Assembly (NCBI GenBank): GCA_038247415.1
Contig: JBBRUX010000022.1
Span: 1-64,000, forward strand
Direction: 5' to 3'
Source of the DNA: Chitinivibrionales bacterium
GTDB lineage: Bacteria; Fibrobacterota; Chitinivibrionia; Chitinivibrionales; WJKA01
DNA length: 64,000 nt
Part shown: positions 32,528-42,241 of the stretch, in pieces
Layout: every line of letters starts with the position of its first letter
Numbering within the stretch: position 1 is the first letter of the stretch
The notes under the pieces: model-generated
The model's database searches: none
What the model was told of the DNA's origin: nothing
Seen by the model: the letters and a program-made list of their open reading frames with translations, nothing else
Translations under genes and position numbers: made by a program

Positions 32528-33877
32528 TTATTCGTCCTGGGTGGGGGCAATACCTAATTCCTTACATTTACGAATAAGATTAGGGCGATGCAATCCTGCA
32601 ACAACAGCCATGCGCGACATGGTACCGTTATATTTATGAAACAGATCAAGAAAATAAGATCGTTCAAAAGCACTTTTAGCTGCATGGTACGAAACAATTG
32701 CAGCTTCTTCGTGATCAATTTTCAAGATCATGCGCACCGAATCGCTGTTGATTCGTCTTTGCCCGCGCGAAGCACTTATGAGATGATTCATGGTATGACG
32801 CAGTTCCCGAACATTGCCTGGCCATGGATATTCGGAAAAAAGTGCCATAGCATCGTTTGTCAATTGTTTTTTATTGCCGTGCAATGCTAAAAAATGGTGT
32901 ATGAGATGGGGAATATCTTCTGGATGGCGACACAACGGTTCTGTTGTTATTACCCCGCCTTTTAAGCGAAAGTATAAATCTTTACGAAAGGTTCCTTCGC
33001 GAACCATTGTTTCCAAATCGCGATTTGTTGCCGATAATATCCTGATATCCACCGATCGTGGGTTTGTTTCGCCAATTCGTATGTACTGTCCGTTATCCAG
33101 CACGCGCAATAATTTTGCTTGAACCGGTAACGACAGCTCCCCTATTTCATCGAGGAAAATGGTAGAATTATTGGCACTTTCTAGAATTCCAAGTTTTGTT
33201 GTATTCGCACCGGTAAATGCTCCACGAACATAGCCAAAAAATTCTGATTCTTCTAAATGATGCGGAATGGCAGCGCAATTAATCGTAATCATGGGAAGGC
33301 CTTGCCTATAGCTTGCGGCATGAATGGCTTGAGCTACAATTTCTTTACCGGTTCCCGATTCTCCAAAAATAAGGGCAGGAAAATCGCCAGATCCCAAAAG
33401 TTTAATGTGCTGCCTGATTTTTTTAATATAGTCAGATACGCCCACAAGGCCATAGTCACAATTTTCGCTCGACTCTGCTTTAATACGATCATTTTCTGAT
33501 AGGGTTTTATGGGCCTCGAGCGCGCCAATAACAGAAAATTTAAGCTGCTTGGCAGTAAAAGGCTTGGTAAGAAAGGCGCTAACACCCAATTCTTCCATGC
33601 GCCGAACTTTTTCTTCGTCCGGAAATCCTGTCATAACAATAATACCCGTGGTTTTCGACTGTTTACGAATAGCAGCAATGAGTTCTTCACCCGATTCTTT
33701 CGGCATATTAAGATCGGTTATAAGTAGATCGTAATGCTTCTGGGCTGCTGCTTTGCGCGCCTCTTCGGCAGATGAACACATCGTTGGTAGATAGCCTTCA
33801 AGATGAAGAATATCATGACTCACATCACGAATGAGCTCATCATCATCTACAACTAATATGCGTGCTAATTTAGACAT
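32528..33877 (-). CDS. NtrC-family sigma54-dependent response regulator
   Basis: REC, GESGTGKE, GAFTGA, FLDEIGEL, ATNRDL, WPGNVREL, C-terminal Fis-like HTH. Confidence 0.95.
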   Translation of the reverse strand: MSKLARILVVDDDELIRDVSHDILHLEGYLPTMCSSAEEARKAAAQKHYDLLITDLNMPKESGEELIAAIRKQSKTTGIIVMTGFPDEEKVRRMEELGVSAFLTKPFTAKQLKFSVIGALEAHKTLSENDRIKAESSENCDYGLVGVSDYIKKIRQHIKLLGSGDFPALIFGESGTGKEIVAQAIHAASYRQGLPMITINCAAIPHHLEESEFFGYVRGAFTGANTTKLGILESANNSTIFLDEIGELSLPVQAKLLRVLDNGQYIRIGETNPRSVDIRILSATNRDLETMVREGTFRKDLYFRLKGGVITTEPLCRHPEDIPHLIHHFLALHGNKKQLTNDAMALFSEYPWPGNVRELRHTMNHLISASRGQRRINSDSVRMILKIDHEEAAIVSYHAAKSAFERSYFLDLFHKYNGTMSRMAVVAGLHRPNLIRKCKELGIAPTQDE

Positions 33878-34085
33878 ATACCTGTTACGGGAAAAAGGAT
33901 TCTCATTTACAAATTTACACCAAGATCAAGGCAAAACTCTCATTGCATCAACTTTTGATACAGGTATCAACATAGTGTTTGCAAATCTACTTTATCATTA
34001 AGAGCTACTTGTGTCAAATTTATTTACCTCAACCTTTAATTTATAGTAGACATAACGTTTAGAGAATGCGATACTTAAAAGACTT

Positions 34086-36047
34086 ATGACAAACAAACCG
34101 CACCATACTGCAACAATCGCAGAAACCACATTTCTTGCAAATATTAGCCACGAATTGCGAACACCACTTAACGGCATGATTGGCATGGCATCGCTTTTGC
34201 GCGAATCGCAACAAACAAAAGAGCAATCATGGTATACCGATATGATTTTGCGCGCGGGAAGTTCTCTGCTTGGCATTATCGACAATCTTCTCGAATACTC
34301 AAAACTAGAATCGGGCATACTTGTCCCCGATTTAAAAAATGTCGAACTCAGAACACTTGTTTTCGATTCTATTATTCCGCTTACCCCACAATTTTCACAA
34401 AAAAACATTTCGTTTACAATTGATATCGAGCCATCGTTGCCTGAGAATATTGTTACCGATCCGAGCCATTTTAAACAAATACTAGTAAACTTGCTTGGTA
34501 ATTCCCTAAAATTTACCACATTTGGTAAGGTGAAGCTCACCATTGCAAGCTATCCCAATGCTTTGGCACTTGCTGCACTTTCTATTACGGTAACAGATTC
34601 CGGGTCGGGAATATCACCAGAATACTACGATACGATTTTCGATCGATTTACTCAAGAAGATTCGAGCATGACGCGCAAAATTGGCGGCACCGGCATGGGT
34701 CTTGCTTTATGCAAAATGCTCCTTGCACTGCATAAAGGTAGTATATCCCTAGAAAGTACCAAGGGAGTGGGATCCACATTTTCGGTTTTGTTACCCATTA
34801 GTATTCCAGAGCACTCCTTCCCGCTTTCGTTTGCATCCGATAAGAAACTTTCGGTATTACTGATTGCCGATAAAGATTCTGGATGCGCTAAAACCATTGT
34901 CGACTACTGTACCTACTGGAATATAACCGTGCGTCGATCAACAAATCTTCTTGCCTTAACAAACCATAGTAATTTCGACCTTAGCATGGTATGTTCATCG
35001 ATCATCGATACCATCGCAACTCCCGATTTTTTAAGCTTCGTTTCCCAAACGTCTTCGAGACATCTTGCAATTATGGCAAATCCGCTTCATTACATGGAAT
35101 GGACCGAGCTCTGCACTATTGACAGAACACATATAATAAGTTCACCTATTTCTCCAAAGGCGATGCTCACGCTCTTTGAAACAATCTACCAAGACTGTTC
35201 CGATGCACCCTTTATCGCCTTAAAAAATAGGCCAAATCTATTTACAAAACCAAAATCTTCCTGCGAGTTTAAACGAATTCTTGTGGTAGAAGATAACGAG
35301 ATCAATCAGATCTTTGTTCGAAGAGCACTTGAACAGCACGGGCACGCGGTTATTCTTGCAAGCGATGGACAACAGGCAATCGACCTCTTTTTACAAGGGG
35401 TTTTTGATTTAATACTTATGGATGTACAAATGCCCATAATGGACGGCCTCATGGCAACCCGGCATATTCGGGAGCACGAAAAAAAACTGGGGCGACGCAT
35501 TCCCATTCTTGCCCTAACGGCAAGCACAGCCGTTAAAGATTGGGACGAATGTTTTAAGGCAGGAATGGATGGATTTCTTTCGAAACCAATTGGCGCCGAC
35601 GAACTCGAAAAGCGTATTGCACCATATCTTAATCCAAAAAAAGTTCATGAACCTATCCCAGAAACGACACCTCTTAAAGTACCCCCACCGTTACAAGAAG
35701 TCGATTCAAAAGGCCCACTTAATTATGCAGCAATGCTTGCAGGCCTAGGAAATGATAAAGATCTTTTTCACGAGCTTATCGATGTCATACTAATGCGATG
35801 GCCAGCTATAACACAGACATTAGCTAACGATTATGATAACCATGATGCAGACGCAATTGGCAAAACCCTCCATACCATTAAGGGCAGTACCACAGTATTT
35901 GGATCTCCCTTGTTTGTGCCAAGCATTATAGAATTTATGCACCAAGCGCGCAATGGAACCCCCATGCCTAAAGAAACAGTTATCTCCCTCATGGACGCTG
36001 AGTTTGTTCATTTGCAGGCTTTAAATAATTGTAATAAAGAGCGCTGA
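34086..36047 (+). CDS. Hybrid histidine kinase (HisKA-HATPase-degenerate REC-REC-Hpt), no sensor domain
   Basis: ANISHELRTPLNG begins at residue ~18, NSLKFT, DSGSG, GGTGMGL, REC DVQMP, Hpt LHTIKGS. Confidence 0.92.
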   Translation: MTNKPHHTATIAETTFLANISHELRTPLNGMIGMASLLRESQQTKEQSWYTDMILRAGSSLLGIIDNLLEYSKLESGILVPDLKNVELRTLVFDSIIPLTPQFSQKNISFTIDIEPSLPENIVTDPSHFKQILVNLLGNSLKFTTFGKVKLTIASYPNALALAALSITVTDSGSGISPEYYDTIFDRFTQEDSSMTRKIGGTGMGLALCKMLLALHKGSISLESTKGVGSTFSVLLPISIPEHSFPLSFASDKKLSVLLIADKDSGCAKTIVDYCTYWNITVRRSTNLLALTNHSNFDLSMVCSSIIDTIATPDFLSFVSQTSSRHLAIMANPLHYMEWTELCTIDRTHIISSPISPKAMLTLFETIYQDCSDAPFIALKNRPNLFTKPKSSCEFKRILVVEDNEINQIFVRRALEQHGHAVILASDGQQAIDLFLQGVFDLILMDVQMPIMDGLMATRHIREHEKKLGRRIPILALTASTAVKDWDECFKAGMDGFLSKPIGADELEKRIAPYLNPKKVHEPIPETTPLKVPPPLQEVDSKGPLNYAAMLAGLGNDKDLFHELIDVILMRWPAITQTLANDYDNHDADAIGKTLHTIKGSTTVFGSPLFVPSIIEFMHQARNGTPMPKETVISLMDAEFVHLQALNNCNKER

Positions 36048-36209
36048 TATTTTTGCTTTTCACCTTCTAAGTGAGCTATTTTTTGAGGCTTGAAGATTTA
36101 TATATATAGAATACTGCAGTACCTGTGTTTTTAGATACCGCGATGTTCTCTCTCATGATAGTGTTATTTACTTCGAATCTGGTTTATTCACAATTTAAAG
36201 GAGTTTCTC

Positions 36210-38072
36210 ATGTCGGCATTTGCAGCACCCGATTTTAAAAAATTGGCTTCTACGCAACGCGTTTTCAAGCCCTGTGCCCGAAGAATAGCCGGACACGTTC
36301 CGACCATTGCTATTACACCCGTAGCCGATGGGCGCTTTGGTGCGTACGAAGATAACATGGCTGGCACCTGGGCAATGACCGAACGTGTTTACAAACTCAT
36401 ACTCGATAACGTTCGCTTGGCCGATGGATCCTCTCCTCGTATTGTTGTTGCACCAGAAATTGTGTATGGCGCGCGTACCGGAGCATTAGCTGCAGAATAC
36501 TACACCCAGCAAGGAGTGAGTGCAAACATTTGGGTAAGCCGTTCGTGGGCATATTCCGACGAACTGATGTCGGCATGTATGGGCATTGGATCTTCTGAGT
36601 GGCAACAGGCTGCCTATGGACTTAACCAAACAGACCGACCTGGTGCTGTATGGCTTAAAGCATTTTGCGCTGCCATGGACGAAAAGAAACGCCCTATTTT
36701 TTCTATTTATAATCCCGATCTGGAATCTGAAGTTGGCGATATTGCACCATATGTTGCACAACGCATTATCCGTTTTGCTCGCGCGGCATGTGTTGTTGCC
36801 GAAATGCGCGGTAAAAACTATCTCTCTGTTGGCAGTGTGTCAATGGGTATTATTGGATCCGACGTGCGCCGTAACCTTATGCATCATTATTTTGGCATGG
36901 GCTCGGCATCGGTCGACATGGTTGCTGTCAAGGGACGTATCGACCAGGGATTCTACGATCACGAAGAATTCGACAAAGCTTTTGCTTACATGAAGGGAAA
37001 GTTCAAATTCAATTTTGGTAAAGGTCCGCGCCCGCAACCATCCGATGCTCTTTTAGGCGATAGCATTAAAATGACCCTTATTGTTCGCGATATGATGATT
37101 GGCAATGCGCGCCTTGCAGATCCTGCTGTTGGCAAAAAGCAAGGCTTTGTAGCGGATGTAGAACGCGCACAAGGCTACAATGCAATAGCCAGCGGTACCC
37201 AAGGACAGCGCGCCTGGACCGACCTGTATCCAAACTTCGACCTTACCGAGTCGCTCTTGTGCAGCTCGTTTGATTGGAATGGATTTCGTGAAGCCTATAT
37301 TGTTGCCACCGAAAACGACTCGAAGAATGCACTTGGCATGCTCGTGGCGCATTTACTAACTGGTGTTCCACAGCTTTTTGCTGATATCCGCACAAACTGG
37401 ACTGCCGAATCTGTTCTTGCCGCAACGGGTAAAGACATTTCTAAAATTGCTCCCAATGGTCTTATCGACAAAAGAAATTCTGGAGCCGGCGCATTGGATT
37501 ATGCAGTCGACCTCTTTTCAATTGTTGACAAAGGGCACGAACTTGATATCTACGAAGTCGCACACCAAATTCGCACTACAAAGGCATTGCAAGACAATCT
37601 TATTGAAGGTGCAATAAGCGGTACCGAATACGAAGCTGCAAGCTTGCAATACTTTCCTGGAGATGGTTTAAGCAGCTCATACCGTTCTCCTGGTGGTATC
37701 CCCATGACTGCCTACCGATACAATGTCGTTGGAGATCAACCAACGGTATCGATCATCGAAGGCGAAACAATCGAATTGCCTACAGAAGTTGCAGATCATA
37801 TCAGCAAAGTTACCGACAAAACATGGCCCGAAACCTATTGGGTTCCCCGTGGTATGAGCTCGTTTGAGTATATGTCAAAAATTGGCCCCAACCACGATGC
37901 CAACTCATTTGGGCTTATTGGTGCCGATATGATAACCGTTAATGCTATGCTTCATATTCCTGTTGACTTCCACAATATTCCACAAAGTCAAATTTTTAGA
38001 CCAACCATGTGGGATCGTTGGGGTGGCGATGATTTTAGGGCTTGTGAAGCACTCGGACCAATGTATATCTAA
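36210..38072 (+). CDS. L-fucose/D-arabinose isomerase family protein
   Basis: RPGAV.L, YLSVGSVSMGI.GS, GQR.WTD.YPN.D, ATEND, FAD.RT.W, WP.T, GPNH motifs of the FucI family. AAGGAG RBS. Confidence 0.85.
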   Translation: MSAFAAPDFKKLASTQRVFKPCARRIAGHVPTIAITPVADGRFGAYEDNMAGTWAMTERVYKLILDNVRLADGSSPRIVVAPEIVYGARTGALAAEYYTQQGVSANIWVSRSWAYSDELMSACMGIGSSEWQQAAYGLNQTDRPGAVWLKAFCAAMDEKKRPIFSIYNPDLESEVGDIAPYVAQRIIRFARAACVVAEMRGKNYLSVGSVSMGIIGSDVRRNLMHHYFGMGSASVDMVAVKGRIDQGFYDHEEFDKAFAYMKGKFKFNFGKGPRPQPSDALLGDSIKMTLIVRDMMIGNARLADPAVGKKQGFVADVERAQGYNAIASGTQGQRAWTDLYPNFDLTESLLCSSFDWNGFREAYIVATENDSKNALGMLVAHLLTGVPQLFADIRTNWTAESVLAATGKDISKIAPNGLIDKRNSGAGALDYAVDLFSIVDKGHELDIYEVAHQIRTTKALQDNLIEGAISGTEYEAASLQYFPGDGLSSSYRSPGGIPMTAYRYNVVGDQPTVSIIEGETIELPTEVADHISKVTDKTWPETYWVPRGMSSFEYMSKIGPNHDANSFGLIGADMITVNAMLHIPVDFHNIPQSQIFRPTMWDRWGGDDFRACEALGPMYI

Positions 38073-38097
38073 GTTGTAGCACCGCTTTGCCGGATAG

Positions 38098-38134
38098 AAA
38101 AAAGGCCTGCCAGAATTACTGGCAGGCCTTTTTT
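38098..38134 (+). terminator. Intrinsic terminator
   Basis: AAAAAAGGCCTGCCAG / CTGGCAGGCCTTTTTT inverted repeat with T tail. Confidence 0.9.
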
Positions 38135-38170
38135 CTTAAAAAACCATAACGCAAGGAACGGATATCTTTA

Positions 38171-38554
38171 ATGGCCAAAGAAAAAGACACTTCTCACTGT
38201 ACACAATGCAATGCACAATGCTGCCGACACGTGGCACTATCGATAGACCGACCTACCACAAAGCGAGATTACGATCATGTTCGTTGGTATCTTTTTCACG
38301 ACAAGGTTACCGTGTTTATCGACCACGAAGATAACTGGTTTATCCAATTTGCAGCCGATTGCGAACACATTCTCCCCGATAATCGCTGTGGTATTTATGC
38401 AACGCGTCCTCGCATCTGCAAAGATTATCCTGGCCGCGACGAACTCTGCGAAGGGGAAACAGAAGAACCTGCATTTACCGAAAAGTTTACAGAAGCTGCT
38501 GAATTTGAAGAGTGGCTTACCAAAAAAAGCATTGCGTGGAAGTGGAAATCCTAA
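38171..38554 (+). CDS. YkgJ-family cysteine-cluster protein
   Basis: CTQCNAQCC, C.H.....RCGIYATRP.IC.DY. Confidence 0.85.
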   Translation: MAKEKDTSHCTQCNAQCCRHVALSIDRPTTKRDYDHVRWYLFHDKVTVFIDHEDNWFIQFAADCEHILPDNRCGIYATRPRICKDYPGRDELCEGETEEPAFTEKFTEAAEFEEWLTKKSIAWKWKS

Positions 38555-39309
38555 AAAGGCGTGGGATTCATGCGTACCACATGGCCAAATGCGATATAAT
38601 CGTTTATAACCGATCGATGCATATGATAATACTCTTCGCAATGCCGATACACATCCGAGCGAACATCGTAATTGTGTGGATCGGAATAATATTTGAATGC
38701 CTGCGAAAAAAGCTGATACATAAAGAGAATGATCTTTGCATTAGCGCCAACCTTAGTGCGCCAGGTATAGCGAATTTCTCTGTCGGATAGCCCCAGATCA
38801 AGCGCCCATTGGGTAACTTGATTGGGCGACCCACAAAAGAGTGCATCGGTTGCTTTATCGAGAACATCGTTGGTTCGTTGACAATAAAGCGGATTGATAA
38901 CGCCTTTAAGACTCCACAAAGAAACGCTCTTAACAAGATGTATCAGTGCATTTTTTTCTGATTGTGCAATAAGATCGGATGCTCCATAGCGATACGCGTC
39001 GAAGCCATCCCGTGCCGAGCCTCCCGAGGAAAAAACAATGCAAGGAAGCAAGAGCCCATATTTACATAAAAAGAACCATCGCGCTGCATCGGGACCGAGT
39101 GCAGGCACATCATGAATACACACATGAAATCGGGTAGAACAGCATAAAAGTTCATCGGCCCGACGCAATGAAGAAACAACCTCGGTATAAAAAAGCGATG
39201 GAAAACTACGCGCACGAGTTCGTGCTGCATCGGCATCGGTATCAATAATTAATACGCGAAGCAGTCCCGACAAAAAATGAAATGGTATACGTTCTGATTC
39301 GGTATTCAT
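38551..39309 (-). CDS. Hypothetical protein, degenerate REC-like N-terminus plus possible HTH
   Basis: RVLIIDTD...VCIHD...CIVFS...YGASDLI pattern lacking the conserved Lys, then VTQWALDLGLSDREIR. Confidence 0.55.
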   Translation of the reverse strand: MNTESERIPFHFLSGLLRVLIIDTDADAARTRARSFPSLFYTEVVSSLRRADELLCCSTRFHVCIHDVPALGPDAARWFFLCKYGLLLPCIVFSSGGSARDGFDAYRYGASDLIAQSEKNALIHLVKSVSLWSLKGVINPLYCQRTNDVLDKATDALFCGSPNQVTQWALDLGLSDREIRYTWRTKVGANAKIILFMYQLFSQAFKYYSDPHNYDVRSDVYRHCEEYYHMHRSVINDYIAFGHVVRMNPTPF

Positions 39310-39311
39310 AA

Positions 39312-39563
39312 CTAAAGAAGTTTCAAGAGCTCGAATTCGATAACATCTGCACATGCTACCCAATCGCCATTTTGCTGCATAAAAAGAAGTGTTTCTAAAG
39401 AATAGCTGATTGATTTCTGCTGCTCGTGCCCATACGAGCGTATAAGCGGCTCCAATAATCGTAATGCAGAATTAAGTCGTGAGGCTGCATCGGCATAATC
39501 GCCGCTGCGAATAAGCCGTGTTACCGCATTAAAAAGAGATAGTGTCGAGCCTTCATGTTCCAT
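39312..39563 (-). CDS. Small helical hypothetical protein
   Basis: Ends in QQNGDWVACADVIEFEL, a motif I associate with small flagellar/Maf-locus proteins. Start at MEHEG avoids overlap with the divergent gene. Confidence 0.6.
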   Translation of the reverse strand: MEHEGSTLSLFNAVTRLIRSGDYADAASRLNSALRLLEPLIRSYGHEQQKSISYSLETLLFMQQNGDWVACADVIEFELLKLL

Positions 39564-39648
39564 ACCCTTAAGTATACGTATATGGGCAACTATTGACCAA
39601 TGCATTTTTTCTTGGCCTGTATGATATCCATGGGGGTATACTCTAATC

Positions 39649-41271
39649 ATGTACCAACTCGAATGTTTTAAAACTTCCAAAGGATTTCTTTCGGCGCGCA
39701 TTCATATAGACGATGCCTATACACGGCATATTCATTCGAGCGTCGATCCAACATCCGAAAAATATCTGTTTGCAAATGTACCGATCTTTGGCCATTGCGT
39801 CGTCTTGTGCGGCACTGGTTTAGGCTACCATCTCGAAGCGATAGCTGCGCGATTAAAGCCCGAAACACCAATTATCCTTATCGATTACTTTGAAGAATTA
39901 ACCCACTATTGCAGAACCACCTATTTTGCACACCATACCGGACCCATACTCGAAATTAATGCTCATACTGCAGACACGTTTGACTATGCATCGTGTGCTA
40001 CCACTTCAAAATCTATACAAATCATACGACATCCAGCAACATGTGCTGCATTGCCAACGTTTTATGCTACGGTGTGCGAAAACATTGCAGGCACTCAACG
40101 CGCACGTACATCGGTAAACCCAAAAAAGGCGAACCGGCCACTTCTCTTATACGGAAACTTTTTTCTTCAGGAAGAAATACGCAGAGCTCTTGCCAGGGCA
40201 ACAAAAGAAGAACCTGTCTGCTTGGAATACTCGCGGTTTACATCGGGGATATCATTTGAGGCAGCGCTGCAGCAAGCACTTTTTGAACATAAGCCAACCT
40301 ACATTCTTTCTGTAAACATGAAGGGGTTTGATGGAAATGGGATTCTTCCTGCCTATGCCCGCCGCTTGGGAATCCCGCTTGTGGTATGGTTTGTAGACGA
40401 TCCCCATCCCATTTTATTGCATCAAAAACAATTTATCGATAGCTCTTTAATTGCCTGCTGTTGGGAAAAATCGTATATCCCTTATCTTACTTCGTGCGGA
40501 TTCTCTAAAGTATACTATCTTCCGCTCGCATGCGATCCATCTCTTTTTACTGTGCCGTTGCATGCTATTCAATCGGTACATTTAGGTTTTGTGGGAACAC
40601 CCATGAGCGGAAGTTTTTTACAGGCAATTCGCAATGAATTCATGTATTCCAAAATATTGGACCCGATTATTGACGAGTGCTCAAAGTTGCTTTACAAAGA
40701 GCCAAAAACCAACGTTTTTGCAGCAGTGCAGTCATGTGCGAAGCAATATTCCATAGCGCTTCCTGCCGACCAGAGAAATATAACCTGGCTCTCTACGCTT
40801 ATTATTCATACGGCAAGCATGCTTAAAAGACGGGATACCATACAAGCGTTGATACCCTATGGCATAGAAACTTTTGGGGACCCAGAAGAATGGCGCGATT
40901 TAATAGGGAAACACCTTAAAGCTCACACTTCGATCGATTACCAGAGCAGTTTATGTGCATGCTATGCCACTACTGCAATTAATCTTAATATTACCAGTTG
41001 TCAAATGCCAACGGCTGTAAATCAACGTGTTTTTGATGTTCCTGCAAGTGGGAGCTTTTTGCTCACCGACAATCAGCCTGCCCTCTTTGAGCTCTTTGAG
41101 CGCGACACTGAAGTTGTAGCCTATACTTCTATTCGCCATCTCATATCTCTCATAGAAGACTTTTCACACCATCCTGCACAGCGCGCGAAGATTGCTGCGG
41201 CTGCACACCAAAGAATTGTAGCAGACCACACCTACGATGCCCGATTGACAGCACTTAACCAGATGCTTTAG
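39649..41271 (+). CDS. CgeB-family glycosyltransferase with Maf-like N-terminal domain
   Basis: IHSSVDP..E and GTGLGYHL N-terminus, WFVDDP, YLPLACDP, INLNI...VNQRVFDVPASGSFLLTD, HTY.AR C-terminus. Confidence 0.85.
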   Translation: MYQLECFKTSKGFLSARIHIDDAYTRHIHSSVDPTSEKYLFANVPIFGHCVVLCGTGLGYHLEAIAARLKPETPIILIDYFEELTHYCRTTYFAHHTGPILEINAHTADTFDYASCATTSKSIQIIRHPATCAALPTFYATVCENIAGTQRARTSVNPKKANRPLLLYGNFFLQEEIRRALARATKEEPVCLEYSRFTSGISFEAALQQALFEHKPTYILSVNMKGFDGNGILPAYARRLGIPLVVWFVDDPHPILLHQKQFIDSSLIACCWEKSYIPYLTSCGFSKVYYLPLACDPSLFTVPLHAIQSVHLGFVGTPMSGSFLQAIRNEFMYSKILDPIIDECSKLLYKEPKTNVFAAVQSCAKQYSIALPADQRNITWLSTLIIHTASMLKRRDTIQALIPYGIETFGDPEEWRDLIGKHLKAHTSIDYQSSLCACYATTAINLNITSCQMPTAVNQRVFDVPASGSFLLTDNQPALFELFERDTEVVAYTSIRHLISLIEDFSHHPAQRAKIAAAAHQRIVADHTYDARLTALNQML

Positions 41272-42241
41272 ATTTTTGAAATTTACCAAAAGGAATTTGT
41301 ACCACAATATTGGCGAGGGTAATAAGAGCTCCTCCAATAATTATTGCACCCGTAAAAATTTCATTGGGGTACATCCGTGGATCACGCACTATCATTTGGG
41401 GCATAAATAGGGCAAAAAACACCACAAAAATAGGTTCTGCGCAATAAATAACTGATGCAGTGGTAGGATGCAAATACGGCTGAAATCGATTCATGAGGGC
41501 AAAGGATCCGGTGGTACAAAAAAGCGCCAGTACCACAATATATACCCACGATCGTACCGATGCATGCATGGCAAACATATCCGACATATGCGGACGAAAA
41601 CAGAGGGAGCCAGCAAAGAGAACAACCGCAACTGTTAAGCACATGAACAGCGTCACATAGGCCCAATGTTCTTTATCTGGATTTATTTTGGCAAGCATGA
41701 GAATCTGTCCACAAAACAGACACGATGCAACAAGCGTTTCCCACTCTCCCCTACCAAGACCCATATGGAAAATATCGATGCCCGACAAAATAGCAATACC
41801 TGCCAATACAATTCCGGTGCATACCATCACTTGCATTGATGGCCACGTGCGTTTTGCAATTGCAAAGCACACTGGCACAAGAACTACATAAAACGCTGTT
41901 AAAAAGCCACAAATTGATGCACTCGTATAATTGATAGCATCAAGCTGCAATACTCCCCCAAGACCTAAAAACAGGCCTATCCAAAAACCATACAAGACTT
42001 CTTTTTTAGTAAATGACCGTTTTGCATACAAACAAAAGGGGAGCACAAAAAGTGCGGCAATAAAAAACCTAAAACTTAACGTTACAAACGAAGCAAAGAG
42101 GGTATTAACAGACGGAAGAAGAAGGCGCTGCTCAATGCCAAGCGCCTTCATGATGGGGAAACCAAAACCCCACAACGCGGTAGTAATCAGAATCATAAGC
42201 CCACTAAACCAGGGCTTAGGAATTCCGCTACTCTGAATCAT
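41255..42241 (-). CDS. DMT/EamA family transporter
   Basis: LWG.GFP..K, ~10 TM helices, two EamA halves, AEPIF. Confidence 0.88.
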   Translation of the reverse strand: MIQSSGIPKPWFSGLMILITTALWGFGFPIMKALGIEQRLLLPSVNTLFASFVTLSFRFFIAALFVLPFCLYAKRSFTKKEVLYGFWIGLFLGLGGVLQLDAINYTSASICGFLTAFYVVLVPVCFAIAKRTWPSMQVMVCTGIVLAGIAILSGIDIFHMGLGRGEWETLVASCLFCGQILMLAKINPDKEHWAYVTLFMCLTVAVVLFAGSLCFRPHMSDMFAMHASVRSWVYIVVLALFCTTGSFALMNRFQPYLHPTTASVIYCAEPIFVVFFALFMPQMIVRDPRMYPNEIFTGAIIIGGALITLANIVVQIPFGKFQKSKASG

